In this document: positions 33,260-34,762 of the stretch, one piece after another | How the letters are laid out: each line of letters opens with the position of its first letter | How positions within the stretch are numbered: position 1 is the first letter of the stretch | Assembly (NCBI RefSeq): GCF_000281045.1 | Contig: NW_008246082.1 | Span: 75,049-109,810, forward strand | DNA: 34,762 nt | Direction: 5' to 3' | DNA from: Saprolegnia diclina VS20 | Taxonomy: Eukaryota | Position numbers and translations under genes: made by a program | The notes under the pieces: model-generated | What the model saw: only the letters and a program-made list of their open reading frames with translations | Told to the model about the DNA's origin: nothing | Database searches by the model: none

Positions 33260-34598
33260 AGGAAGAAGAATGAAGAAGGACATCGTATGTAGGTATTATA
33301 TTGAGTCTGTTGTGAATGCAAGAGATATTCGGGTTATATGACTTTGCATTTCTTTCAATAATCGCGTCGCGCTCTGCGACTGCCTTGTCCTTGCGCCACG
33401 GGCAGTAGTGGCTTTTGCGCTTCCCCCCGCCGATGCGGGTCTGCGTGAGCGCGTGCCACGCCTTCCGCTTCTTGCAGTACGCCAGTCTGCCGGTCATCGA
33501 TGCAACGCCACCAAGGCTTACTCCGTAAAATGTCGTGCGAAAATCCGAAAATTGGGCGTTTTGCCGTATTTACAGTGTTGGCAAAATAGCTTGCCGGCAA
33601 CTTTAGCCGGCGACTCGCTGTCCAGCTACTAGATACTCTAGTAGCTGGGGCGCTTTCCCAATCTAGTAGAGGTCGGTAGTCGACCACCACACTCCAATTA
33701 CACGTAATTGGAATGTGGTGGTCGACTGATACACTGATACTAGATTCAGTATCAGTTTTGCCAACTTGAACGACGCACAACAGGCTGTAGGCACGCTACG
33801 AGCCCCGTTCTTTGGGTTTTGGGCTCCCTGCGTCATGGTATATGGATATCGAACAAATCATACGACTCCATAAAAAACTTCAAACCTCGTCGACTCGCTG
33901 CCGAGCAACGACGCCGAGCACATTTTATCCGGATAAGGATGTCCGGATAAAATATGCGCCGCTTGTCCAAAGTGTGATCCAAGAGTGCATAAATTCAATA
34001 TAATAGTAGTATGTGCTCTTGGCGTGATCCTGCTACTGGTGGCAATACTGTTCCTCTTCGTAGGCAAATACCCACAAAACTACAACGATTGCATACCGAT
34101 TGTAAGGGGAACATTCGAGTCTTCGCACCGCCAGCACCAGGCCGTCAATCCTCACTCGTCATTGGAAGTAGCTCTCTCTTCTTTCAAAGACATTTCAACG
34201 GCGAATTGATTTCCGTCAGGGTATTATCTTCCTATTGTTGCGCCAGAAAGGCCAAGAGAACAGGCAGTGGAGCTCGAATGATGTAGGTTTTGCGATGGGG
34301 AAGCACACGGGTAAGCAAGCCTGTATGCTCGTTTTCTTGTTGTATGTGTAGCAAGCATGCCCAGTTTCAGCTCCAAAAGCGCTTGGAGACCTGTTGACAT
34401 TGTCCTTTCAGCTTCACAGCCACACCCAAAGACGCCACAAGCGCCAGAATCAACCGAAGCCACTTTCGGTAGGCAGTGCTCTCGATAGACGAGCCGCGCT
34501 TCAACTGTCCTGTCAGGCTGCTTGCACCAAGCAATCGCCATATTGACCTACCAAAGGGTGCTACGTACTCCGTACGTCACAGCTCGATTCGACCTCCG

Positions 34599-34762
34599 AT
34601 GCACACTAGCTCCTCGATGCCGACGACAGCGACCAGTGGTAGTACGCCCGACGTCGCACGCCAGTACCTTCTTGCTGCCTGCAAAGAGCTCTTGTCCGCC
34701 TACACCAAGCTTGTCGAGGTCGAGAGAACCCACAAAACCGCGCAGGAGCAGTCGGCGCAGCG
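34599..34762 (+). CDS. Possible start of a hypothetical protein, 3' partial
   Basis: ATG 34599 (or 34617) opens MHTSSSMPTTATSGSTPDVARQYLLAACKELLSAYTKLVEVERTHKTAQEQSAQ, which runs off the window edge. It is helical-looking with coding-like GC3, but too short to confirm. Confidence 0.35.
   Translation, partial: MHTSSSMPTTATSGSTPDVARQYLLAACKELLSAYTKLVEVERTHKTAQEQSAQ

Noticed and set aside
33985..34541. Hydrophobic ORF 33985..34209 and minus-strand ORF 34224..34541
   Set aside because: They are short with atypical codon usage and no recognisable family. The first lacks an ATG start.

Overview
Gene-dense eukaryotic DNA, GC-rich in coding regions, with many 40-60 nt GT-AG introns and CCAAT boxes upstream of several genes. 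The gene content and style point to an oomycete, probably Saprolegniales (inference). I can support about 17 protein-coding genes, most assembled by hand from exons. In order: ankyrin-repeat protein (5' partial), small PH-domain protein, signal-peptide CgeB-like glycosyltransferase, secreted fascin/beta-trefoil-like protein, Pro/Ser-rich hypothetical protein, LarC nickel insertase, AAR2, TIM44, a large EF-hand-like/pseudo-receiver protein, an ABC1/ADCK kinase, an F-box protein, a temptin-like secreted protein, a GIGYF-type GYF protein, an RCC1+BTB protein, a Qa-SNARE syntaxin and a myosin with 5 IQ motifs and a WW domain. A possible partial gene lies at the right edge. The standout is an intact 11-exon larC gene with a 23-His tract. 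It implies nickel-pincer nucleotide (NPN) cofactor biosynthesis, mainly characterised in prokaryotes, in this eukaryote, and no larA/B/E partner is in the window. No rRNA, tRNA, CRISPR array or intact transposon was recognised. All family calls are from motif recognition by eye; no searches were run.
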